Shown here: one piece after another, positions 40,277-49,005 of the stretch
How the letters are laid out: every line of letters begins with the position of its first letter
How positions within the stretch are numbered: the stretch's first letter is position 1
From: an uncultured virus (IMG/VR IMGVR_UViG_3300020148_000031)
Lineage: Duplodnaviria; Heunggongvirae; Uroviricota; Caudoviricetes
DNA length: 64,000 nt
Direction: 5' to 3' (one strand)
Virus record (IMG/VR): IMGVR_UViG_3300020148_000031
Translations under genes and position numbers: made by a program
The notes under the pieces: model-generated
Seen by the model: only the letters and a program-made list of their open reading frames with translations
What the model was told of the DNA's origin: nothing
Database searches by the model: none

Positions 40277-41222
40277 TCCAGTTTCTATGAATGAAAATCT
40301 TTATTCTATTCTGAAAGAGTATAGAGATTTAAGAAATTTTAAAACTCTATATTGGATTGAAAAGAAAATTAACCTTATTAACGATTATTTTAGAGTCAAT
40401 AAATTATCAGGAGCAGTTTTAGGTGTTTCAGGGGGGATTGATTCTGCTATAGCGCTGGGACTTCTTGTTCATGCCGCGCAAAAAGAAAACTCTCCCATTA
40501 AAATGATTAAGCCCATTCTTATACCTGCGAGAGAATATGTAGGAGCTACTAATCAAGATGACTCAATTTCCCGCGGTTTAGATTTATGCTCTACTTTTAA
40601 TGTTAAACCAGCTCTATTTAAAAATCTTACTAAAATATCCCAACTTATATCTGAAGAATTAGAGTCAATTTTAGATCTTCCAACGTCACCATGGACCAAT
40701 GGACAGCTTGTTGCTTATGCTCGGACACCGATACTTTATAACTCATCTTCCATACTTACAGATAATGGATATCCGTCTCTTGTTATTGGAACTATAAATC
40801 TATCAGAAGGCGGATATCTTGGTTATGTTGGTAAAGCATCTGACGGAATGGTTGACTTACAAATAATTTCTGATCTTTACAAATCGGAAGTATACAAAGT
40901 AGCGGTAGCACTTGGAGTCCCTAACAGCATTATTAATGTTACTCCATCAGGAGATATGTTTGATGGAAGAAGTGATGAAGAAGTTTTTGGTGCAACATAT
41001 GATGCTGTAGAGCTCTACCATTTGTGGTTACAAAATGGGTCTGATCCGTCTTTACTTATTGATGAAAACTTTATAAAAATTAAAGAAAACTTAGAAAAAC
41101 TTCATATGTATAACCAACATAAATATACATATTCTTCTCCTTCTATACATTTAGATATTTTGAATGCACATATTCCTGGTGGTTGGAATAATAAAAAATG
41201 GAGGTCTGAAAATGGCGACTAA
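40260..41222 (+). CDS. nadE: NH3-dependent NAD+ synthetase
   Basis: GVSGGIDSA, GT.N.SE...GY, DLYKSEVY and PSGD..DEE..G..YD motifs; AAGGAG RBS before ATG 40260. Confidence 0.9.
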   Translation: MKVTNDPVSMNENLYSILKEYRDLRNFKTLYWIEKKINLINDYFRVNKLSGAVLGVSGGIDSAIALGLLVHAAQKENSPIKMIKPILIPAREYVGATNQDDSISRGLDLCSTFNVKPALFKNLTKISQLISEELESILDLPTSPWTNGQLVAYARTPILYNSSSILTDNGYPSLVIGTINLSEGGYLGYVGKASDGMVDLQIISDLYKSEVYKVAVALGVPNSIINVTPSGDMFDGRSDEEVFGATYDAVELYHLWLQNGSDPSLLIDENFIKIKENLEKLHMYNQHKYTYSSPSIHLDILNAHIPGGWNNKKWRSENGD

Positions 41223-41955
41223 ATTTGTTAATCAAGTATATTTTGAAATCCCCTTCGAAGAAAACCATAAAGTAGAACTAGAAAATATTCATGAGTTAGA
41301 CAAGAACGCTTTTCTTGTCAAAGATTTAGTGACAGAATCTGAAAGAAAAGTTATACTTGAAAATCTCGAGAACTCTAATTGGCTTCCAGTTTCTGTTACT
41401 GGAATGTCTGGGAATTATACTCCTGGAGATCCTATTGGTTCGTGGCGGGCTTCTAATTTTACTAAAGAATATTCTGAAGCTCTTTGGGAAAGAATAAAAA
41501 ACCATCTTCCAAAAGTGAGAGTATTTGATGATTCAGATAATACTGACTGGGATGATCATGAAGTATGGGAGCCAATCGGAGTGTCCCCACTTTTGCGTTT
41601 CATTAAATATAATGAGGACGGTTGGCTAGTTGTTCATTATGATTCTCCCTATATTGAGTCAGAAGATGTAAGAACTCTTCAAAGTCTAGTTATCTATTTA
41701 CAACATGATGATGATATTGCTGGAGGATCAACACGTTTTATTGATGATCCGCAATGGAACATTCCAGTAAAAGATAGAGATCTAAGTGATCAAATGCGCG
41801 CAGCAGAAGAGCACGAAGTGAAAGTAAAGCTCTCTCCAAATAATGGAAGTGCTATTATATTTGATCATCGATTACTTCATGATGCTGAAATTGTTAAGGG
41901 GCAAGGTTCTAAAATCATTATTAGAACTGACATTATGTACAGAAAAGTTAAATAG
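41212..41955 (+). CDS. 2OG-Fe(II) oxygenase
   Basis: LRFIKY..HYD (HxD), GGSTRF, FDH..LHDA and IIRTD motifs. Confidence 0.8.
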   Translation: MATKFVNQVYFEIPFEENHKVELENIHELDKNAFLVKDLVTESERKVILENLENSNWLPVSVTGMSGNYTPGDPIGSWRASNFTKEYSEALWERIKNHLPKVRVFDDSDNTDWDDHEVWEPIGVSPLLRFIKYNEDGWLVVHYDSPYIESEDVRTLQSLVIYLQHDDDIAGGSTRFIDDPQWNIPVKDRDLSDQMRAAEEHEVKVKLSPNNGSAIIFDHRLLHDAEIVKGQGSKIIIRTDIMYRKVK

Positions 41956-43454
41956 TGAATATTGACGAGCTTTACTTAGATCTTTTAGTTGCTTCAAGAA
42001 GTTTAGAAGCATTAGATGAAGCAGGGTACTTCTCCTCCGGGAGAGTTAATGATCAATCACTACTTTATTATATGACCCCCATTCATCTTATTAAAGAAGC
42101 TAAAGAAAAAGACGTATCTGTTTTATTCTATACTGGTTGTTTTGCTCCTATACATGAGGGCCATGTTAATGTCATGAGAATAGCTAAAGAAACTATAGAA
42201 GAAAGAACAGGTGAAAAAGTGGTTGCTGGTTTCTTTTCGCCCGACCATGATGATTATGTTCTTGAGAAAGTAAAAAACCCTCTTTATTCTTCAGAAAACA
42301 GAATAGAGATACTTAATAAATTTATTTCTGATGAAGATTGGTTAGAAGTAGACCCATGGGCATCCCGTTATTCGGGAGTAAATTTAAACTTTACTGAACT
42401 TTATCTGCGTTTTGTAGATTATGTAAAAGAGTTCGCTTCCGAGAAGAATGTAAAAGTATATTATGTCTTTGGCGGAGATAACTATTTGTTCGCTAATGCT
42501 TTTGTTAAAAGAGGTCATGCTGTTTGTGTCTTGAGGCCGGAAACAAATGTTGACTTTTCTAAAATATTTGATTCAGCATTAGAAAGGGTTCTTTTTAGCT
42601 CTAAGGAAAGCTCTCCGCATTCATCAACAGAGATAAGACGGCAGATAGAAGATGAACTGAAAATAGAGTCTAGAGAAAAAGAGGGAATGACATATTATCT
42701 CAGAGATGATTTAGAGTTTTCTTTACACCCCCAACTTTTAAAAGAAGCAAAAAACGTTTCTTCGCAAATAAAAGAACTTGTAACCGAGAATATACCTTCA
42801 TATTTAAATGTAGAAGTGCACTCAGCTATAGAGCAAAAAGTTGAAACAGATTTACAAACAATATCTTTAGATACTATTTTTGAGGGAGATTACAAATTAA
42901 ACCTTTCAAGGGTATTCTACCCATCTTCATTCCAGGAATACTCTAAAGAATTTACGCATCGTCCAGGGTCTGAAGAGTTCAAACAACAATTAAAAAAGAT
43001 TCCTGAGGGCTCTTACACTCTTGTTGATGATGATATCAGCACTGGCAGTACTATGAATTATGCTGAAGAATTACTTTCTACTAGAGGCATATCTATTAAA
43101 AAGCGCGAAAGCCTTATTAAATCGCATGAGAAACTTTACGATGTAGTAGACATGAGAGATTTTATTCTAGGTTCTAAAAATGGTGGATTAACTGTAAAGC
43201 TTGGTGAGAAAATTACTAGAGTTCCTTACATGTTTCCTTTTGTCAATCCAGTAACAAGAGCAAAAATTGAACCATCTAGAGCTAGAGACTTTTCAAGAGA
43301 TATGTGGCTCATCAATTTTCATTTATTCTTAGATACTGATCTTACATTGTACGATCTAATAGAAGAACAAGATTTTAGAATGTTCGGAGTTACTTATAAT
43401 ATGAAGGTTTCGGATTTTTGTCTTTTCATGGCAAGTATATTAAAACCTCTCTGA
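41955..43454 (+). CDS. NadD/NMNAT-like adenylyltransferase fused to a PRTase-like domain
   Basis: GCFAPIHEGH, FGGD and SSTEIR motifs; C-terminal LVDDDISTGST PRPP-binding-type motif. Confidence 0.7.
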   Translation: MNIDELYLDLLVASRSLEALDEAGYFSSGRVNDQSLLYYMTPIHLIKEAKEKDVSVLFYTGCFAPIHEGHVNVMRIAKETIEERTGEKVVAGFFSPDHDDYVLEKVKNPLYSSENRIEILNKFISDEDWLEVDPWASRYSGVNLNFTELYLRFVDYVKEFASEKNVKVYYVFGGDNYLFANAFVKRGHAVCVLRPETNVDFSKIFDSALERVLFSSKESSPHSSTEIRRQIEDELKIESREKEGMTYYLRDDLEFSLHPQLLKEAKNVSSQIKELVTENIPSYLNVEVHSAIEQKVETDLQTISLDTIFEGDYKLNLSRVFYPSSFQEYSKEFTHRPGSEEFKQQLKKIPEGSYTLVDDDISTGSTMNYAEELLSTRGISIKKRESLIKSHEKLYDVVDMRDFILGSKNGGLTVKLGEKITRVPYMFPFVNPVTRAKIEPSRARDFSRDMWLINFHLFLDTDLTLYDLIEEQDFRMFGVTYNMKVSDFCLFMASILKPL

Positions 43455-44750
43455 AATAGGTGGAACTTCTGTATCTTTATCCCAACCAAAATTCCAAGCG
43501 TCTTCTCTTGCTTTTTCGAATCCACTCACTCTCTCTTCAAGTCTTAACATTTGATTAGCATCTTCTTCTTTTCTCTTTTCGATATCTTTTATTCTATATG
43601 AAAGAGAGTTAATAACACTTTTAAGTATGTTTTCTTGTCGTTGTAGTTCCTCAGTAAGCCTATTCTCTCTCTTAATAATTCTAGTTTCAAGTTTCTTATA
43701 TCGACCTTTTCCTACGGTCACTTGATGAGTTAAACTTGGTCTGTCACCTAACAAGTACTCTTTAAGTTCACCGTCGGGTAATTTTTCAGCCTGAGATATT
43801 GAAGTTTTTACTTTTTCAACTTCTTTGTAAGCATCAGAAACTTTCAACAAATCATCATTTATGGTTCTAATAAGATTTTCGTACATTGCACGATTCTTTC
43901 GAAGAAAATCTTTCTCCTCGTCTTCAAGCGGGGTTCCTGACTCGAATTTTGACAAAATTGAAGAGTATTCAATGTCTTTCTTTCGTGCAATTTCAAGAGA
44001 TTCAATATCTTTTGTTCTTGTTAATTTTAAATTTAGATATTCTCTAAAAGCCGGATTGTCACTTTTTAAAACACCCCAAGGAGTGATTTTTTCTTCTTGC
44101 AAACTTTCAACAAGAGCTTTTTGTCGCTCCCACGAGTCTATATTCTTGAGATTTTCTACAAAATCATCAATTTCTTTTTGGGATTTATTGATTTTAAAGT
44201 AAAAAGAGGCATAAGTTGTATCAAAGTCATCGTCTTCTGAGTAAAGGAATAGTGGGTGCTCTTCCATTTCCTCATTATTCATTGCTAAACAACCCGGTTC
44301 ATGGGCATTATCAATACCGTTATCACAATAACACTCTCTGTTACCTCCCCCTTGTCTGGTAACGTAACAAAGAACATTGTCTTCTCCCCTTTTCTCGATC
44401 TCAACACCTCTATCACGAATAGGAGAAACAGTTTTTCCATCAACTTCGATGAGTGACGAATATCGAGTATTGTCATAATTAAGAACTAAATCACCTTCGG
44501 ACACTTTAATAAAGGTGTCTAATTTTGAGAGTAATTCTGTTCTTTCGTTGTCTGAAAGAACATTAATATATGGAGAAACATTATATTTTTCAAGCATATA
44601 ACGAGGAAAGTCTGTCTCGTATTTCTTCATGATTTCATCTTTTGATGATCCATGGATAACAAAATTTTCATCCTGAGCTAGAGGGCATCTCCCTTGTTCA
44701 GCTTTGCAAATTCTTGGTGTTCCATCAACACTAATATGATAAGTTGTCAT
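43440..44750 (-). CDS. HCCH-leader protein, unknown cargo with coiled coil
   Basis: MTTYHISVDGTPRICKAEQGRCPL...IHG leader; internal TRQGGGNRECYC..H..C. Confidence 0.75.
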   Translation of the reverse strand: MTTYHISVDGTPRICKAEQGRCPLAQDENFVIHGSSKDEIMKKYETDFPRYMLEKYNVSPYINVLSDNERTELLSKLDTFIKVSEGDLVLNYDNTRYSSLIEVDGKTVSPIRDRGVEIEKRGEDNVLCYVTRQGGGNRECYCDNGIDNAHEPGCLAMNNEEMEEHPLFLYSEDDDFDTTYASFYFKINKSQKEIDDFVENLKNIDSWERQKALVESLQEEKITPWGVLKSDNPAFREYLNLKLTRTKDIESLEIARKKDIEYSSILSKFESGTPLEDEEKDFLRKNRAMYENLIRTINDDLLKVSDAYKEVEKVKTSISQAEKLPDGELKEYLLGDRPSLTHQVTVGKGRYKKLETRIIKRENRLTEELQRQENILKSVINSLSYRIKDIEKRKEEDANQMLRLEERVSGFEKAREDAWNFGWDKDTEVPPISERF

Positions 44751-44758
44751 ATTTATTC

Positions 44759-45343
44759 CTAAAATAATAATTTAGAGTTGTCTCTTATAAAAGTCTCACT
44801 CAAAAAAGATGTAATTCTTTTCTTTACCTTATCTAATGAACTATCAAAAACTTGATGCGTTTTAAATCCATATTGATTAAATTCTGCTTCGTTTATCTCT
44901 GAAATAAAAATATTTTCATCAGTATTATAACCCTTCCAGTCCTCATAAAACTTTTCTTGTGACCAAATACCTTTAACGTCCAGTATTCTTCCATCTTCTA
45001 GAAGAATTCCTACATGATGCCCAATTTTATAAGATTGACCCTCCCTATTAATTCCTTTATAGTAGACAGCTATCATAGGTCTTTTGAATTCTTTGGATAA
45101 AGATAAAGCGAGAACATCACAATCTCCTCGGCTGAAGTCATTTATCTCTTTCTCGTCTATAAAAAAGAAATCAACATTATCTTTTTTTATTAAACTAGTG
45201 TAAAACAAATCAACTTTTTTTAATAATTCATGCCTATCAGACGAATGAATACTTTCGCCTCCAAATGGGCAATTATCTTCTTTTGCAAAACATTGACCTA
45301 ATGCAGATGTTTTGGGATTAAAATGAAACTTTTTATAAGTCAT
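44759..45343 (-). CDS. HCCH-leader protein with possible papain/transglutaminase-like domain
   Basis: KFHFNPKTSALGQCFAKEDNCPFGGESIH leader; GDCDVLAL...HHVGI...ILDVKG gives Cys-His-Asp order. Confidence 0.6.
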   Translation of the reverse strand: MTYKKFHFNPKTSALGQCFAKEDNCPFGGESIHSSDRHELLKKVDLFYTSLIKKDNVDFFFIDEKEINDFSRGDCDVLALSLSKEFKRPMIAVYYKGINREGQSYKIGHHVGILLEDGRILDVKGIWSQEKFYEDWKGYNTDENIFISEINEAEFNQYGFKTHQVFDSSLDKVKKRITSFLSETFIRDNSKLLF

Positions 45344-45432
45344 AAGCAAGAACCTCACCCTTCTTATTTACTCCTACTTGTCCGCGATCTATCCAATGCT
45401 CCCACTCTGGAAAAAGGAGGCAGAGTGTAGAT

Positions 45433-46209
45433 TTAACCAAAAGATTTTACTAGACTTTCAGTAGTGTCTCTCATTGCTGGGAGAACATTCCAAAAACTCT
45501 TCATGATTTCTTGAGTCCTTTTTTCTTTCGTTCTTCCATCAACAAATGTTGTTATTTCTGGTCTTTGCTCTTTTACGAGCAAGCGTCCGTAAAGGAACCC
45601 TTCAGGAAGAATTTCAAATTCGGTACCCTCAAGCATTTCAAGGCGCTTACGAGTCGGAATCTTTTCAATGATTCTATGACCATGAACTTCAGTAGCAGCC
45701 ATAGTAATTGCATTCTTTCGTGCGTCCATTCTACGCCAATCCATGTAGGACTGGACTTCTTCAAAGGAATCAACAGTAAAAACCCTCGCGTCAAAAAGCG
45801 GTAAACCATCAGTCTTCAATGCTCTTTCAAATCCAAGGCTAGCTGCGCTTGAAGAAATTGTAAGGAATTTTTCGACTCTTCCACTAAATGGAAATTCACG
45901 ATTTTTATTAAAGCGGTCTGTAAAAACAATGCTAATCTCATCTGATTGAACGTATCCAAATAGAGCAAATGGAAAAACATTCTCGAGAACGAATTTTGCT
46001 GTCGAATCCATAGCGCCCATAAATTCTTTATCGAAAGGCTTTTTAAATCTTCGAGTAAAAGTATGGAAAGACTTTCCATCAAGTCTAATAATAGCTATTT
46101 TGTCATTTTCAAGCTGGTGAAGGTACGCAGACTCCTTTGATTTGAAGTATAAGTTATCTTCAGTAATTTTTGCCATTTTAATCACATCCTTTGTATATAA
46201 AATTATCAT
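45433..46209 (-). CDS. thg1: tRNA(His) guanylyltransferase Thg1-like
   Basis: RLDGKSFHTFT, YVQSDEIS, FDAR and WRR.D..KN motifs. Confidence 0.9.
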   Translation of the reverse strand: MIILYTKDVIKMAKITEDNLYFKSKESAYLHQLENDKIAIIRLDGKSFHTFTRRFKKPFDKEFMGAMDSTAKFVLENVFPFALFGYVQSDEISIVFTDRFNKNREFPFSGRVEKFLTISSSAASLGFERALKTDGLPLFDARVFTVDSFEEVQSYMDWRRMDARKNAITMAATEVHGHRIIEKIPTRKRLEMLEGTEFEILPEGFLYGRLLVKEQRPEITTFVDGRTKEKRTQEIMKSFWNVLPAMRDTTESLVKSFG

Positions 46210-46360
46210 ATAGCAAATAAAAAGTCAATGTTGATTTCCTCTTGGAATATGTTAAGATAGTGATATTAATGGAAAAGGAGAAGTAATATGGATCTTTATT
46301 TTTACTCTTTTCATATGTAAGGTACTTAAACAGTTAAGTCCTTAACCATATGGAGGAAAA

Positions 46361-46993
46361 ATGTCTAAAACTGATAAAGATGTCCCTGAATGGGTTTCTT
46401 TAAAAAGAGCTGTCGAAGACGGTAAATACAAAATGATTCACAATTGTCAAAGAGTTTACGCTATTAGAACTGCTCCGTTTGTGAAAAACCCACCTAATCT
46501 CAGGACAGTATTTTTGGCCGGTGAAGTAAAAGAAATGCAAGAGTTCGAAAAAGCTGTTGTAGATATTAAGAACTTCTCACATTTCAAAAAAGAGGTTCAC
46601 CCCACTGTCACAAAGCTTAAATTTGATGGAGTTTGGGGGTATGATATCACCCCCAAGACTATTGAATACACTGTTTATGTCTTCCCAGACCCTAAATACA
46701 TCGATCATCTTCTCACTTGCACTCCTATTGAGTTTTACGATTTTGAAACTGGAGTAGACACTAGAACTGGATTTATAGCAAGGTGTTTCCCAAGCTTTCT
46801 TAATAGAAAGAGTGGTGAATACTCGCAAGATCGACACCACCGCTGTTTAAAGAACAGGGTTAAAAGATCGTTAGTTCGAGACAATCTTCGTGAAATGAAA
46901 GATCGTTATAATTACGGTAGTGAAATTGAGGATGTTGATGACAATGACACAGTGGCTTATTATGAAAATGATGAGAAAATCTGGTGTTGTTAA
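46361..46993 (+). CDS. Hypothetical protein (MSKTDKDVPEW...)
   Basis: GGAGG RBS; basic C-terminal R..VRD.LR motif. Confidence 0.6.
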   Translation: MSKTDKDVPEWVSLKRAVEDGKYKMIHNCQRVYAIRTAPFVKNPPNLRTVFLAGEVKEMQEFEKAVVDIKNFSHFKKEVHPTVTKLKFDGVWGYDITPKTIEYTVYVFPDPKYIDHLLTCTPIEFYDFETGVDTRTGFIARCFPSFLNRKSGEYSQDRHHRCLKNRVKRSLVRDNLREMKDRYNYGSEIEDVDDNDTVAYYENDEKIWCC

Positions 46994-47019
46994 GCATTAT
47001 TAATAGAAATGAGAATAAA

Positions 47020-47481
47020 ATGTCTGTAATTGAAAGATTGGAGAAAGAAAAAGTTTCTGCAATGAAAAGTAAGATTACTTTGAAGGATGATGCTTCAGAA
47101 TTAAGATTAGCAGTTGTGCGCTCAGCGCTTGCTGCATTGATTGCAGCAGAAACTTCAGGCAAAATCCGAAAAGAACTTTCTGATGAAGAAGCAATTTCTG
47201 TTTTGCGTAAGGCAATCAAGCAGCGTAGAGAATCTGCGGAAATCTATCGTAGTTCATCTGCTATCGAACGTGCAGATAGAGAAGATGCGGAGGCTGACAT
47301 TCTTGAAGAGTTCGTACCTAAAGTATTGGCTGAGGAAGATACTCGCCTGCTTGTAAGTAAGCTTATTAAAGAGAATTCTTTAGAAGGCGTTCAGAGTATG
47401 GGTAAACTCATGTCTTTGATTAAAGATCGCACTGACCTTGACAAGTCAATTGTTTCTAAGGTTGCTCGTGAATTACTCTGA
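47020..47481 (+). CDS. GatB/YqeY domain protein
   Basis: AMKS...LAVVRS, KQRRESAEIY, E.EADILEEFVP and MGKLM motifs. Confidence 0.85.
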   Translation: MSVIERLEKEKVSAMKSKITLKDDASELRLAVVRSALAALIAAETSGKIRKELSDEEAISVLRKAIKQRRESAEIYRSSSAIERADREDAEADILEEFVPKVLAEEDTRLLVSKLIKENSLEGVQSMGKLMSLIKDRTDLDKSIVSKVARELL

Positions 47482-47830
47482 TATCGAAGATCGTTTTTAT
47501 TCTGAGGAAGAACTCATCAGAATTCTAAATATTAGCCCCGAGCTTGTTGATCTACTGATCGAAAGTTATATGGTGATTGGTTGTCGTCGAGGGAATGAGA
47601 CTCTCTTTCCAGCAATTTGTCTTTTTAATAAAAAGTTAAACGCTAGAGTCTCATCCCTCGTGCAGCATTTTGTGGGATCTCCACTAGAAGGTTGGGAGAT
47701 ATATAGGTGGATGACTGAGCCTAATGATTTACTTGATGGGCTTACTCCATATGAATATATTATGCTTTATAATATTGACGATAAGATTGAGCTTATTGCA
47801 AGTATGGAATCTTCATTGTATTCTATATAA
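47438..47830 (+). CDS. Rv2175c-like / MbcA-Xre C-terminal domain protein (likely GTG start 47468)
   Basis: N-terminal HTH-like segment, FPAICL, and WMTEPNDLLDGLTP. Confidence 0.55.
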   Translation: MTSQLFLRLLVNYSDIEDRFYSEEELIRILNISPELVDLLIESYMVIGCRRGNETLFPAICLFNKKLNARVSSLVQHFVGSPLEGWEIYRWMTEPNDLLDGLTPYEYIMLYNIDDKIELIASMESSLYSI

Positions 47831-47909
47831 ATTACAAAAATGTTATTTATGTAGTTTTCGTTATCTATATTGATAAAATATTTTTACAATTAAAAAATGG
47901 AGATATTTT

Positions 47910-48374
47910 ATGCAGACGTTTCTTCCCTACCCAAGTTTTAGGGAATCAGCTCTGTCATTAGATATCCAAAGATTAGGAAAGCAAAGAGTCGAAGGAATGC
48001 AAATACTTTCGGCTCTTTTAAGCAAAAAATATGATAACGAATTAGAATCTGTTGTTAATTTTAATCCTAAAGGGTGGACTCATCATCCAGCGACTCTCAT
48101 GTGGAAGAATCATGAGGGGTCGCTTTACTTATATGTTAAAGAAATATGTAAAGTGTGGATTGAAGATCATGGATTTAAAGATACTATTTCCTGGAAGATT
48201 GATAAGATTATCAAAGATTCTAAATTGAATTATTCTGACCCTATTTGGTTAGGTGATGAAAAATTGCACCTTTCGCATAAAAGTAATTTATTAAGAAAAG
48301 ATTTTGCTTATTATTCTAAAATTTGGACAGGAGTCTCCCCAAATCTACCGTATGTATGGCCAGTAAGTAATTAA
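47910..48374 (+). CDS. MSMEG_6728-like / pyrimidine-dimer glycosylase-like protein
   Basis: MQTFLPY..F..SA..LD..RLGKQRVE..Q, HPA..MW, SHKSNLLRKD and YVWP motifs. Confidence 0.85.
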   Translation: MQTFLPYPSFRESALSLDIQRLGKQRVEGMQILSALLSKKYDNELESVVNFNPKGWTHHPATLMWKNHEGSLYLYVKEICKVWIEDHGFKDTISWKIDKIIKDSKLNYSDPIWLGDEKLHLSHKSNLLRKDFAYYSKIWTGVSPNLPYVWPVSN

Positions 48375-48443
48375 TACTCATGAAATCAAGAATGCGCGCA
48401 AGATAAATAGTAAACTAATACTTACAAGGAAAAAGATTAACAA

Positions 48444-48728
48444 ATGAATATTATAGGTGAAATTTTCACTAATGAAGATATTAAAAACTGTGACTTAATA
48501 GCTAAAGAATATTTAGATCTGGATGAAAATACTCTTTCATTAAACAGACAATCTCTTAAAGAGATATATTCTTGTTATTATAGTGAGCCAGACGAAGATG
48601 GAAATGCTCTTATTGTGTGTAAAGATGGTTCGTTTTTACATGCTAATAAATTAATATCTCTAGAATTACATATTGAAGCTTTTAAAAGAGGGATACGTTC
48701 ATCAAAGAAAGTTTTAACAAATAAATAA
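48444..48728 (+). CDS. Hypothetical protein
   Basis: 94-aa ORF with an AAGGA RBS. Confidence 0.5.
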   Translation: MNIIGEIFTNEDIKNCDLIAKEYLDLDENTLSLNRQSLKEIYSCYYSEPDEDGNALIVCKDGSFLHANKLISLELHIEAFKRGIRSSKKVLTNK

Positions 48729-48842
48729 TTTTATAAATTTTTAGAGCTTTATATGATATTTAGTCATTATTACATCAACTTATTTGATTTTATAGAAACC
48801 TTATGATAAGATTTCTGTATCAATTTATAAAAGGGAAAGAAA

Positions 48843-49004
48843 ATGGCTAAGTCTGATTATAAGGTTGCGAACCTTGAACGCTGGAAAGCAATGCACGCGC
48901 TTCGCAGCTCTAATGCAGCTCAGCCTCACGTTCCTAAGAACTTGAAGGGTACACGTTCTTCAAAGAAGAAGAACGCTATTAATAAGTCTATTCGCGGAGA
49001 ATAA
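48843..49004 (+). CDS. Small basic protein, 53 aa
   Basis: Hand translation MAKSDYKVANLERWKAMHALRSSNAAQPHVPKNLKGTRSSKKKNAINKSIRGE; AAGGG RBS. Confidence 0.6.
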   Translation: MAKSDYKVANLERWKAMHALRSSNAAQPHVPKNLKGTRSSKKKNAINKSIRGE

Positions 49005-49005
49005 G

